In this document: positions 48,470-60,955 of the stretch, piece by piece
Numbering within the stretch: the first letter of the stretch is position 1
How the letters are laid out: each line of letters begins with the position of its first letter
DNA from: Octopus bimaculoides
Lineage: Eukaryota
DNA: 64,000 nt
Direction: 5' to 3'
Assembly: GCF_001194135.2 (NCBI RefSeq)
Contig: NC_068982.1
Location: 71,465,330-71,529,329 of the forward strand
Notes under the pieces: model-generated
Seen by the model: the letters and a program-made list of their open reading frames with translations, nothing else
What the model was told of the DNA's origin: nothing
Databases searched by the model: none
Made by a program: the position numbers and the translations under genes

Positions 48470-48830
48470 TTTACTCGTTTCAGTTGTTGGACTTTGAAGC
48501 GTTTAATTGATCAAATTGACCCCCGGTGATTTTTTTTCCTCTCTCTCTCCAAGTCTTGTGTGTATTGTATTGGTTACTTTTACTGAACTACTAAGTTATA
48601 AGGACATAAACAAACAAGTAGAGGTTGTGGTAGGGGGACAAACAGATACATGCACACACATAATGGGATTTCACACCACTTTCATGTATGAAATTCACTT
48701 GCTGGGCAATGGTTGACCTAGGAGCTACAGTAGAAGACACTTGCTGGAGGTGCAACGTAGTGGAACTGAGCCCGAAGCGACGTAGTTGCAAAGTTAGTCT
48801 CTTAACCACACAGCAATGCCTACACCTATG
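48470..48830 (-). mobile_element. SINE family A copy
   Basis: Reverse complement has the head gcattgctgtgtggttaagagactaactttgcaac and ctccagcaagtgtcttctactgtagctcctagg. Confidence 0.8.
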
Positions 48831-49374
48831 TAGCTATAAACATAAGCTGTTGAATATTGAACTGAGTTACAATATGTACATACATGCATATACATGATTA
48901 TAAATAATTTATGTATATTGTTAATATATATCATTGAAAATGCAGTGTTCCATGAAATTCATGACTTGTGATGAAAAGCAAATTCTCTTGGGCCAATATG
49001 CGCGTGTTCATAAGTAAAACGTGTGCAGTGTAATGTAAAACAGATCCGTGTATACTCTTTGGTCTTGCTTCATAAACTTTATTTCTAGCAAATTAACGAG
49101 TAATTGAAATAGATCGATTTATTAATTAGTTTGCTTTAGAAATTAAGGTTTTGTTTGTAACATTGATGAGGTTGCAGAATATGGTTCTTCACTCACCAAC
49201 ACTTGTTTAAAAGACAAGCAGGTGAGTCGATCTTCTAAAAGCTTACTTACTCCACTCTTTGCGTTCTGTTAGGTTATGATTAAAATTTATGCAACATGTA
49301 GCATCCCCTAAATTATTCACCACCAGCCAGGAATGAGACTACCATTGGCTTGTTTTCTACAGGTTATGTGATAT

Positions 49375-51410
49375 ATAGCTACTGGCTGCATTATATACAA
49401 CTACTACCTTGATTGTTGTTTTCTGCCTGTAATAGACAGCTACCAGCTTGATTGTTGCGTGCTGTCTGTAACATATAGCCTCCAGCTAAACTGCTGTTTG
49501 CTGGCTGTATTATACAGCTACCAACTTGATTGTTGTTTGCTGGCCAGAATATACAGCTACCGGCTCGATTGCTGCTTTTGCCAGCTGTAATATACAGCTA
49601 CTGGCTCGATTGCTGCTTTTGCCGGCTGTAATATACAGCTACCGGCTCGATTGCTGCTTTTGCCGGCTGTAATATACAGCTACCGGCTCGATTGCTGCTT
49701 TTGCCGGCTGTAATATACAGCTTCCGGCTCGATTGCTGCTTTTTCCGGCTGTAATATACAGCTACCGGCTCGATTGCTGCTTTTGCCGGCTGCAATATAC
49801 AGCTGCCGGCTGTAATNNNNNNNNNNNNNNNNNNNNNNNNNNNNNNNNNNNNNNNNNNNNNNNNNNNNNNNNNNNNNNNNNNNNNNNNNNNNNNNNNNNN
49901 NNNNNNNNNNNNNNNNNNNNNNNNNNNNNNNNNNNNNNNNNNNNNNNNNNNNNNNNNNNNNNNNNNNNNNNNNNNNNNNNNNNNNNNNNNNNNNNNNNNN
50001 NNNNNNNNNNNNNNNNNNNNNNNNNNNNNNNNNNNNNNNNNNNNNNNNNNNNNNNNNNNNNNNNNNNNNNNNNNNNNNNNNNNNNNNNNNNNNNNNNNNN
50101 NNNNNNNNNNNNNNNNNNNNNNNNNNNNNNNNNNNNNNNNNNNNNNNNNNNNNNNNNNNNNNNNNNNNNNNNNNNNNNNNNNNNNNNNNNNNNNNNNNNN
50201 NNNNNNNNNNNNNNNNNNNNNNNNNNNNNNNNNNNNNNNNNNNNNNNNNNNNNNNNNNNNNNNNNNNNNNNNNNNNNNNNNNNNNNNNNNNNNNNNNNNN
50301 NNNNNNNNNNNNNNNNNNNNNNNNNNNNNNNNNNNNNNNNNNNNNNNNNNNNNNNNNNNNNNNNNNNNNNNNNNNNNNNNNNNNNNNNNNNNNNNNNNNN
50401 NNNNNNNNNNNNNNNNNNNNNNNNNNNNNNNNNNNNNNNNNNNNNNNNNNNNNNNNNNNNNNNNNNNNNNNNNNNNNNNNNNNNNNNNNNNNNNNNNNNN
50501 NNNNNNNNNNNNNNNNNNNNNNNNNNNNNNNNNNNNNNNNNNNNNNNNNNNNNNNNNNNNNNNNNNNNNNNNNNNNNNNNNNNNNNNNNNNNNNNNNNNN
50601 NNNNNNNNNNNNNNNNNNNNNNNNNNNNNGGTCGGTCGCTTCTGTTGGCCGTGCAGCAATTGCAGGCTCGGTCGGTCGCTTCTGTTGGCCGTGCAGCAAT
50701 TGCAGGCTCGGTCGGTCGCTGTCTGTCGACCATGCAGCAACTACCAGCTCAGTCGGTCGCTGTCTGTCGACCGTGCAGCAACTGTCGGCTCGGTCGGCCG
50801 TGCAGCAACTGCCAGCTCGGTCGGTCGCTGTCTACCAGCTGTGAAGTAACTACTACTACAGTTGCTGTCTGTTGACCGTGGTAGTGTAGCATGTACAGGC
50901 TGTAAACTAGCTGTGATATAACCAGCTACTAGCTCAGTTGCTGTCTTCTACTGGTTGTATAATATGCAAGTACAGACTTGATTGTTGGCTGTCAGTATTT
51001 TATGATTGGGTTTTTATCAGCTATATAATATGTGTATATTGATTTACTTACTGTCTGTATAATATAAGACTATATCAGCTAGATCACTTTCTGTCAGCTA
51101 TATAATATATTCCTACCAGCTTGTTTGCTCTCTGTTGGCCACATAATTATACAGCCATCAGCAGCGTAATATATTCCTACCAGCTTGTTTGCTGTCTGTT
51201 GGCCATATAATTATATGGCCGTCAGCAGCGTAATATATTCCTACCGGCTTGCTTGCTTTCTGTCAGCTGCAATGTACAGCTACCGGCTTGCTTGCTTTCT
51301 GCCAGCTGCGATATACAGCTACCGGCTTGCTTGCTTTCTGTCAGATGCGTAATATATTACAAGCGACTCGATTGTTTTATGCTGGCTTTTTAATATATAG
51401 CTTCTTGGCT
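49375..51410. repeat. Compound minisatellite (41-bp, 40/41-bp, 64-bp and 39-bp unit variants) spanning an 813-bp gap
   Basis: The 41-bp unit cggctcgattgctgcttttgccggctgtaatatacagctac recurs at 49561, 49602, 49643, 49684, 49725 and 49766. A 40-bp unit occurs twice from 50630, a 64-bp unit at 51103/51167/51231 and a 39-bp unit at 51241/51280/51319. Confidence 0.95.
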
Positions 51411-51658
51411 TTCTGCTGGTATACTTGTTGCTTTTTGATGTGGAATTCTTCAAATAAATGCCTTGTTATTATGGTACAGTTGAGTGATAAAGTCTCTGCC
51501 ATATCTTATTGCACTTTATGACCTGAATACCAGACCAAATTTAAGGAATGCTCATCACAAACAGCAGCAAACGTCCTTACGGAAGCTTTATGGCCTTTAA
51601 CAGATGTCTATCCCTGTTGGAGCAGCTCTTACAGCTTTGTTATGCTTTTTGATTGTTT

Positions 51659-51940
51659 GAAGGTGCAGGGCTCGGTGGTTCGAGTGCCAGGCTCACAACC
51701 ATGAGGTAGTGAGTTTGATTCCCAGACTAGGCTGTATGTTGTGTTCTTGAGCAACACTCTTTATTTCATGTTGCTCCAGTTTACTCAGCTGTCAAAATGA
51801 TTTGCAACTTCACTGATGCCAAGCTGTATCGGTCTTTGTCTTTTCCTTGCATAACATCAGTGGTGTGGAGGGAGAGGCCGGTATGCATGGGCGACTGCCA
51901 GTCTTCCCATAAATAACCATACCCAGACTTGTACCTTGGA
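51659..51940 (+). mobile_element. SINE family D copy (long form)
   Basis: Co-linear with 24598-24910. Confidence 0.88.
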
Positions 51941-52694
51941 GGAGGTCTTTACCCTTTACGAACATCAATGCAAAAGATGTTTGCATCTATTGTGCTTTTA
52001 CTATCTTGAGTTGTCCCCTTTTTAAATGAAACTTTAAAAAGTATTTCTTGATGCGTCGTGTATTTCTAGGTACGGTTGTTTTCCTGTGTTGAAATTTCAC
52101 GTATTTACAGCTAGGTAAACCAGCAAAGGATAATGGTATCCAATGCTTAGACCTTGATTCTCTATATGGAAGGCACTCTTTGGAAATTGCCCTGAAGAAC
52201 TAAATTTTTGCCTATTAACTTGATATGCTTGACCTTATTAGCTGTGGCCTGGCATTGTAATCTTAGACCATGTTCATTATGAGAAATACCTGTCTTCTGC
52301 ACTCAGTATTTTCATGTATATGTACATACTTACATACACCTGTATAGATATATATGCATATTTACACACACACACACACAAGAAAGAGAGTTTATGTTGT
52401 ACAACGAGCCGACCGAAGCTTTGTAATTGAATTTGGTAGGCGGAAGTTACTGCCACGTGTGTATATGTCTGTGTATGTGCTTGTGCCTCTTTCCCAAAGA
52501 GAGAGAGGGGGAATTCTCACTGATGACAGCCAAGTTTCTAAATTGGAGAAATTGAAAGGTTTGCTTTGGTGCACATTGATAGAATGTTTGTCACTTTTAC
52601 AATTGTAGGTTCAAATCCCATCGGTAGCTTTAGACTTTTTAGCATCCAAGGGTCTTTCTAACACAATATTTACATGCTATTATTTATTACTTTA

Positions 52695-53125
52695 TCAAGG
52701 CGGCAAGTTGGCAGAATTCTTAGCAGCATTTCATCTATATTTACATTCTGAGTTCAAATGCTGCCGAGGTCGACTTTACCTTTCATCCTTTCGGGATTGA
52801 TAAATTAAGTACCAGTGAAACACTGGGTTTGATGTAATCAACTAATGCCCTCCCACAAAATTTCAGGTCTTGTGCTTTTAGTAGAAAAGATTATTTATAA
52901 CTTTATGAGGCAGCGAGCTAGCATAATGGATAGCACGCTGGGCAAAATGGTTAGCAGCATTTTGTCTTTGTTTTAAGTTCAAATTCCACCAAAGTTGACT
53001 TTGCTTTTCATCATTTTGGGGTCAATGAAACAATTAGCAGTTGAGCACTGGGGTCCATATAATTGACTTACCCCCTTCCCCAAAACCGCTGGCCTTATGC
53101 CAAAATTTGAAACCATAATTTATAG
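52695..53125 (+). mobile_element. Two head-to-tail SINE B copies
   Basis: aaggcggcaagttggcagaattcttagc... and gaggcagcgagctagcataatggatagcacgctgggcaaaatgg... Confidence 0.88.
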
Positions 53126-53984
53126 CTTTATCTGCTTCGAGTTTTAAAACGATGTATATATGTGTGTGTATGTGCGTCAAACTTATCATTTTTGCTCTAA
53201 TCACGGTAAGCTGACTTAGTCTTTCTCTGATTTTAATTTTTTTCCGTCCTTCCAAATTACTCAATTACTTGTCTTATATAAACACAACTTGCAAACATAT
53301 CTTAGTCTTATTTTTCAGCTGTTATCAGTGCCTTTAAATTTGTTTATCTTTTTTTATATAATAATTTGGTTTTTCGTGTACCAAATTAAAATTTTTTTTT
53401 TTCCTGCTTGTAACCAGTAGGTTCCAAACACTAGCTTCTTTCATTTTTAAACACATTTTATTTATTCTTTACAAATGCCAATATTGTAATTACCTTAAAT
53501 ATATATTTGTTTGTTCGTTTAATGATTTTTTTTTTTTTTTACTTTTCATTTTTTATGCTAGCATGGGTTGGTTGGATGTAGGATATATCTGAAGTAGGAA
53601 TTTATGGCTGAATACTCTTCCTGTTGCCAACCCTTACCTGTTTGATAAGTAAGGGATTTTTTTTTCCCCTCAATTTCAGATTTTTGAAAGTGCATAGTGA
53701 CCTGTTCTAATGTCAACAAAGAAAGTAAACATGATTTGCCATGAAGTTATGTGATGGTCATCTGTTGCATGCACATATATATAAACGTGTGTGTGTGTGC
53801 ATGCATTCATGTGTGTACATATACATGCATGCAGTAGCATAGCTAGTGTGTGTGCTGCCTGGGACAGATCTTATGTTTAGCCCCTTCCCCTTCATGGGGG
53901 GAGCTTCAAAGTATAATATTTACATTATATATTATTATGGCATTGAATGAATATATTAAAGCATTATTTTGATCAGACACCTCA

Positions 53985-54165
53985 CCACTAACTACACTAC
54001 TGCACATGATGGGCTTCCTTCAGTTTCTGTGTACCAGATTCACTAACAAAGCTTTGGTCAGCCTGGGACTGTAGTAGAAGATATTTGCCTAAGGTGCCAT
54101 GCAGTTGACTGGACCACAAAGCCCTGCGGTTGCAAGACAAACTTCTTAACCACACAGCCATGCCT
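53985..54165 (-). mobile_element. SINE family A 5' part
   Basis: Reverse complement reads ggcatggctgtgtggttaagaagtttgtcttgcaacc ... tggcaccttaggcaaatatcttctact. Confidence 0.8.
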
Positions 54166-54568
54166 CTGTGTACTATTATACATGCATATAATGATATCCT
54201 ATAACCTATAGGGTTGTAGAAAGTATTGCTGAAAACTTTGATCTTGTATAGTGAATCTTGGGTGCATCAATTACATAGATCCCATCGTTCTCTAGCTATA
54301 TCGATAGCAGTTTACCTTGGCGTTCAAAACTAATGAAATCCATCATCATTTGAAGTCATTTTTCCATGCTTACACTAGTCAGTTACATTTTTTTGAGGAA
54401 GATCTTCTATAGCTGAATACCTTTCCTGTTGCAATCCCTTGTTTCCAGGCAAGGTAATATTTCCCCGTGGCCAGACAGGTTTTTACAAGGAAATCTGGAA
54501 ATGAACAACACCTTGTATGACGGTGATGTTTGTTTACAATCATCACATGATATCAAGACGGGTGTGCG

Positions 54569-54610
<42 letters not shown>

Positions 54611-54848
54611 ACCATGCATACATATATGTGCATACACATGCAACAGGGTTTTCTTTTCTTTTCTCCAGTTTTTGTCAACCAAATCTGCTCACAAGGGATG
54701 GGTTGATGTGGGACTGTAGTAGTTGATACTTGCCCATTTGTCAATGTCAAGCAGTCCTGAAAAATTGTTAGACATGCTGACACTGTGTGGTAAGTACTAT
54801 TACAACTGGGTTATTGTTTTAGATGGTGTCTCTCCTCCGTATTTTACA

Positions 54849-55085
54849 TTAACACTTTAACATTTAAACTGGCCATAATTGGCTCAAATATTCTACCCAT
54901 TTTGTGTTCAAGCTGTACAGATTCAGCATCTCACACTTACGCTGCAAGGTCATTCTAAAACTAGACAATCACTTCTTGGAAATTTCTAAGCTATGAGATG
55001 GTAGCTCTAAGCATGATTAATCATAAAAAAATGTTACTAAATAAGTATTACATTTGACTTAGAAAGCCGAATGCTAAAGGGTTAA
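54849..55085. mobile_element. piggyBac-like MITE with TTAA target-site duplication
   Basis: ttaa-cactttaacatt ... aatgctaaaggg-ttaa: inverted termini with 2 mismatches; the body is the reverse complement of the 7709-8283 family. Confidence 0.8.
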
Positions 55086-56049
55086 GTATTCAAAGAATGT
55101 CCGCTTTGCCATCTTCATGGATTGTTCCATATTTGCCCTAAGCTTAAAGTGGTTGGACAGTGCAACACAAGGCAGTCTGTCCTTTGTTGGGATGCCTGCA
55201 TAGACTGTCTTATAGGGAGTAGCTGCATAACCTGTATCTTGTTGGAGGATATCTGCCTAGCCTGTGTCTTTGTAGCTATACCTGCATAACATGCATCACA
55301 TAGGGGTGCTTTGTGTAAGCTACACATTGTGGGAATATCTATATAATTTGCATCTTCTAGGGGTACCTGCATAATATAGTTTTCTGATGTATGTCTGCTG
55401 TAATTTAACTTGAGCCTGCTTGTAGATCTCCACTGCTTTCTGGTTTGATTACAGAAACTGATGAATAATACAGTGGGGTCCTCACTCAGGCCCCACCACT
55501 ACTAGGAGGGTGCTTCTTCCATTCATCTCACCAAACTTCTTTAATGTTGAAATTTTCTTTTACTGTTCTATAGTCTTGAGGCAGTGGGTGCTGTATTGTT
55601 TGTTTTAAATGGCATCAGACTGCAGAAACCATGCCAAAACTGGCATTGAAGCTCAATGCTGTCAAACCATTAAACCAGTGCCAGAATGGAAAAATGGATA
55701 TATATGATGATGATGACGGTACTTGTGTTTCTGATTAGATGGTGCTACCTTTGAGTAAGTCTCCTCTCTGGCGGAGAGGTGCAGCAATAACGCTCATTTA
55801 TTGGTAGCCAGATCAAAGGAATCACTTTATTAGTACGAGATATAACCTACATCATTTCATTTAGGGCAACTACATATCTATACTAGGGACACGGTATTCA
55901 ACTATGCTATAGCATAAGGCAAGTGCAAATGTTTCTAACAGTTTGTGATGCTCCTCAAGACATTCTAACTTGATTGTCAAGTTCCTCTTTTATAATTTTT
56001 GTTCGATGTTTTCGAGATGTCTGAATATTGAATATTCTCTGAGGTATTC

Positions 56050-56560
56050 AGAGTGCTTCTCTGGGTGGATTAGTTAATTACTGGGCTGTAACTGCATAAT
56101 AGCTGTTGGTACAGAATGGAATCGTCACTGATTTCGTGGTATCCATGTTCAGGGATCATTTGTCAAAGGTCTTCAAACCTGAATTGTTCTACTAAATGCT
56201 ATCTCCAATTCAATCATGTTGGTGGGTTGGCTAGGCTGTCCATGATTGTGGAAATGTGATCTGCCTGCCCTAATTTAAATGGTCTTATTTCAGGCATATC
56301 ATCGATACAAAGATTGAACAAGCTTGTTACCAGGACTGATCTCTGAGGGGCTCTGATTCTTTTCTTAATTCTTTTTTTCTTGGCCATGCAAGTTAGTATT
56401 TTTTTTTGTACCATTTTGTTTCAAAGACTTTTTTTTTTTTGCATTTAATGACTTCAGCAAATTTTGGCATTAATCCTCCATACTGTAGAAAAGCCATAAG
56501 TCCATAGATGCATATTAATGAGAATGAAGTCTACAAAGCTATCTTGTTTTGGACATACAA
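56050..56560 (-). mobile_element. Decayed LINE reverse transcriptase remnant (Ingi/Vingi-like)
   Basis: The ORF at 56214-56414 encodes RIRAPQRSVLVTSLFNLCIDDMPEIRPFKLGQADHI, matching the RT motifs LPQGSVL.P.LFNLY..D.P...F.YADD; an upstream STVWR matches DTVWR. Confidence 0.65.
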
Positions 56561-57989
56561 GGTACCACATATAGTTGACCAAGACCATCCTGATGGGTTG
56601 TGTGGGAAGAGAGTAAAATGTTGTCAAAGACATTGTGGGCTGATAATGCCAAAGAATGGACTAGAAATGAGAGCCTGGCTCACTGTATGCATGTAGCACC
56701 ACACAGTGGGAGCTGGAAAGCCTTGGTAGTCAACCTCTGGACATAAGGAAAGTACCTGACTGGCTGGTGGCTGATAATACATACCTTACAGTATTGTAGG
56801 CTACTGAGAAATCTATGAAGACAAAGACAGCACCTGTTTTCAGTTTTGCTCACCTCTTGACTCCATATAAGAAGTGAAGGCCAACATTTGTTCTTAAGTG
56901 TTTCTTTTTTGTTTTGAAACTGGCTTATTCAGTAGAGGTTTGAAGTTCAAACATTAGTGACAGTCGCACGAGCACGATTCACTTCAGCAGTTTGAAAAGC
57001 GCGGCGCAGTTGTGAAACGGGTTGGTAACTAGGTGGGTGGTCTATTGGCTTTCCTGATTTTAGTATTGTTAAGACTTTGGTATGTGTCTACATTTTAGGA
57101 TAGTCGTATTTATCTGTGAAGAGTGTTGTCAAACCAGGTTTACAGCTCTGTTGCTAAGGTGCGTAACCATTTCCGGGTGGATTCTATCAGCTGCTGCGAT
57201 TTCTTGTTTTGTTATACCCTTCTTTTTCTCTGGGTACATTTTCTACAGGTGTTGATACTAAAAGTTTCATAGCTCTTGTCAGTATTTGTGATTTGGTTCA
57301 CAGATATTTCATTACTTGTTCTGTTTGGCAATGTGTCCTTCCACATTTGGGTTGTCTGTTGTTGACAAACATCAAATGATGATTTCAAAGATAATTTTTA
57401 CCTAGTTAAGAAATTACCAAAATTTTTTTTTTAAGTGAAATGAAAGAAAACAACCATTCATTCAAGAAAAAAGCTGGTTACTGTTGTAAATTTACAATTA
57501 AAAAACCCAGAGGCCGCCTAATGAAAATATCTGGAAATAATTGCTGCATTTAAGTCTGTTTTTATATATTTGCATTGATTTGGTAGGGCCATAGTCCAGC
57601 ATCTTAATATACATGATGCTTCAGTCCTGTGTTACACTTAAGGACCAATTTCAATGCTGTATATTACTAGGTCAGTCCTAATTGATCAGACATGTGATTA
57701 GAAACATTCCAAATTGACATACTCTGGCTTCTTTTCAGCCCTATGTTATGTAAAGTATCATCTTTTTCTCTTCGGTGACTTGGCTACTATTTCTAGTAAG
57801 TAAAGTAGTCTCGTAGAATTTTTGTGTTGATTATTGAATATGGTTTCTCGTTTGGTGTAAGACACATGATTTGCTTAATGGTGGGTATTATATATTTCTA
57901 TTATATGTCCATATCAGCAGTCATATTTCTTGCATTCTTCTATTAATTCTTCTGGTACCCTCTTGTGTTTAAACGTAACAGTATACCAT

Positions 57990-58200
57990 CATGATCATTG
58001 TTTGGCATCCACTTTCTCATGGGTCAGACAGAATTTGTTGAAGCAGAGTTTTGAGACAATCAGATGCTTCATCTGCTTCCAAGTGAAGTTATATTTCCCC
58101 ATAGCCAGTCATGTGCACGGAAAACTGGAACTAAACGACATTGCTTGTATGACGGTGACAGTCATCACATAATGTCAAGACAAGGGCATGCCCAAACACA
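57990..58200 (-). mobile_element. SINE family C-related fragment
   Basis: catcatgatcattgtttggcatccactttctcatggg ... ccaagtgaagttatatttcccc; similar to 54355-54560 and 61190-61360. Confidence 0.65.
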
Positions 58201-58209
58201 CCTTTGAGT

Positions 58210-59245
58210 TGGTTGTTGGCATACTCCAGTAAGCAAACTTTCTTTCTGAGCTATTGTACTGCACTCAAACCCAACACCTTGATCTCCTACCCTCCACTGA
58301 ACTCGGCTGCTTCCATTTTTTTCAGTGAGTTCTGCAGACAGGACACTGGAGTTGCTAGGAGTACTAGAATGGGCCTCAACCACACCAAATTGTTTGTTGG
58401 TAACCTTGAAGCCCAGATTGTCATTTTGCTAACACACTCCACATCAGAGCTATACAGTGGTTATACTCTTGAACAGCTTACTTCTTTCATTTCCTTTGTT
58501 AGCTTTTTTACATCATTTTTAGAATTCCTGTTTATCATTTCTGAAGCATCCAACTTATTAGATACCTATTTCTATTATTGAACACCTCTGCCTTACCACA
58601 TATGTTTTTCAAAAACCCACACCCTTCTACTCCTACTTCAATTTTTTTCCTTGCCACCCTACTCACCAGATCGATTATGTCCATCTCAGTTCTTCCATGT
58701 CTGTTGCTAAATTTCACCAAATGTTCCATTTCCTTCTCATACAAGACATCCCCAACCTATTATGATCTAGCTCACTATCAACCACACTTCTTTCCTCCTG
58801 CCCCTTAGCTACCCTGCCACACATTACCCCCACTTCCCCTTACCACCTGATCTCTCCAATGTGCTATTCTCTAGAATTTCTCCTTTTATCAATCTGACCC
58901 ATTTCTTCCATCTTTCTGTTCTCCACCCACACACCACCAACCTTTCTCGATCTTCTGGTCATTAGTTCCTTCATCCTTTGTCAGATCCAATTTAAAACGG
59001 CTACTTGTTCCTTGCCCCTTTGCAACACCTGTCTGTTTAGTTACAAATCATGGATCATTTCACCTGTACTTTCATTAATGTTATTCATTGCATGAAACCT
59101 CAACTTTGCAAAGGAAAGATGAATCTGTCTGCTGGCTCGAAGATAGATTCAGGGAGTGTCTGCTTGATGTACAACATCACATCATTAAGCTTCTTGCATC
59201 TGTTGCATGGTATTTCAACTCAGAAGGCTTTGGTCATTCGAGAAC
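58210..59245 (+). mobile_element. Penelope-like element remnant (RT plus GIY-YIG endonuclease)
   Basis: Frameshifted translation: RQDTGVARSTRMGLNHTKLFVGNLEAQI (cf. GVAMGTRMGPSYANLFVG); LTSFISFVSFF...LEF; TTYVFQKPT..YSY; DLLVISS...TCSLPLCNTC; FTCTFINVIHC; LEDRFRECLLDV...VAWYFNSEG (cf. RL.DRF.EH...VA.HFNS.GH). Confidence 0.85.
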
Positions 59246-59432
59246 AGGGGTCTCCAAAGGGGTCAATATCAACCCCTGGTGGTTGATGGGACTATTCAAG
59301 GGGTCGATAAATGCCTGAAACTGCACATCTACTTTATTATTTTCTTGTAACATGCTTGGGGGTCAATGAAGGGGTCAAGGATTCCATGAAGAGTCTGATG
59401 GTTTAAAACGTTTGGGGGACCCATTCTCTAGG
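59244..59432. mobile_element. Possible hAT-like MITE
   Basis: Imperfect inverted ends caggggtctccaaa / tttgggggaccc; target-site duplication not established. Confidence 0.35.
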
Positions 59433-60529
59433 GCAGGGCCCCCCCAATGTAAGTGGTTAAGACACTTACCCAAAGTGCTGCATATTGGACTGAACCTAAA
59501 GTCACATGGTTGCAAAACAAATTTTTTAACTTCACAGCCACATCTGCATCTAACCAAATTAAATATTCCAAGCTATTGTTAAAGAAAGGCTTTAGTTGGG
59601 TGCCCTTCTTGTTGTCAACCACTTCAGTAGCTGTAAAGTGAGAGCAATCAGTACCTTTATCGTCCTACTGTTAGATTCACCAAAACAAGCAAAGTTACAG
59701 TTAGTGACCAGGTAAGGGAGCCCTGTTGTTTTAAGTTGCGCTTGTTGAATATTCTGTAATCTTAGCTTTCCTTGGCAGTTCATGTTTGCTAGAGCAGTCT
59801 TGTGACTATCTGCCATACTAAAGGTACTTGTGGTGGTTTGGTGAGTTCAGCGTTGTTGCTGCTGCTTTGTTACAACTCTATTGATTCTTGTCTCCATTTA
59901 ATAGTTGACCACTCCTATATTCATTGATTTATGTTCTTGCTTTTTGTTTTTATTATTATTATTGTTAATTTTAGATATCTTTGCTTAGAAGTCGGCCATT
60001 TTCACTTAACCATATTCTCTTCTCTTTAGCTCTCTATCTCTTTCTGTCTCTCTGTAATTGGTGTCATCTGCAGTCATAGTCCCCCCTCTGCATCAGGTGA
60101 AACGATCTACTAAATTATATGATTTGATATCTATATAGCCAAACCAATTATATATATTCTAATTTATCTTAATCCACCCTTGTTTTATCTTGCTGCTTAG
60201 TTGCCATATTAATATTGAGCATTGCTTATTGGCTTGTTTTATGTTCTGTCCTACTGTTTGTGTTGAGTTAGCATCAGTCAGCTTCACATTGTGAAGAATA
60301 ATGACACAACTTGTCTATTAATCACAGGCCAAATATAAAAAGTCCAACTCTTTGAATGTCCAGTGTGTCTGGTTTAAAACTTCAGCATGAAATAGAATAG
60401 TCTAGTTACAGCCACCTCACTGAGTAGGAACATGTTGTTTGGTAATTTAATAATTGAACATGTGGTCTTGATTCTGGTCACACACAATAGAGATGATTTA
60501 TCTGCTCTTAAGAGAATCAATAGGTGTAG

Positions 60530-60955
60530 ACATGACTGTGTGGTTAAGAAGTTTGCTTCTCAAACATTTAGTCTGGGTTCAGTCTCACTGTATGGCACCC
60601 TAGCCAAGTGTCAGCTACTATTGCTCTGGGACAGCCAGTGCTTTGTAAGTGAATTTGGTTGATAGAAACCGAAAGAAGCTTATTGTGTGTGTGTGTGCCT
60701 GTAGCAGAGACAGTTGGTATCTCCTTGTCTTGATGTCACATGATAGCTGTAAACAAGTGTCACTGTCATACAGCAGTGTCCTTCATTTCCAAATCTGTGA
60801 AAAATCTGTTTGACCACGGAGAAATATTACTTTACTTGGAAACAGTTGAGGGTTGGTGACAGGAAGGGCATCAGGATGTAGAAAATCTGCCGTGGCAGAT
60901 TCTATCCCACCTATGTGAGCATAGAAAATTGGACATTAAAATGAGGATGATAACT
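60530..60955 (+). mobile_element. SINE A/C composite copy
   Basis: gtagacatgactgtgtggttaagaagtttgcttctc head; ggtgacaggaagggcatcaggatgtagaaaatctgcc ... tggacattaaaatgaggatga tail. Confidence 0.75.

Noticed and set aside
49561-49816. Regular 41-bp repeats superficially like a CRISPR array
   Set aside because: Units are directly tandem with no unique spacers, there are no cas genes and the context is eukaryotic; it is a minisatellite.
49598-50875. 320-380 aa ORFs through the minisatellite
   Set aside because: Open only because of the 813-bp N-gap; the 40/41-bp period is not a multiple of three.
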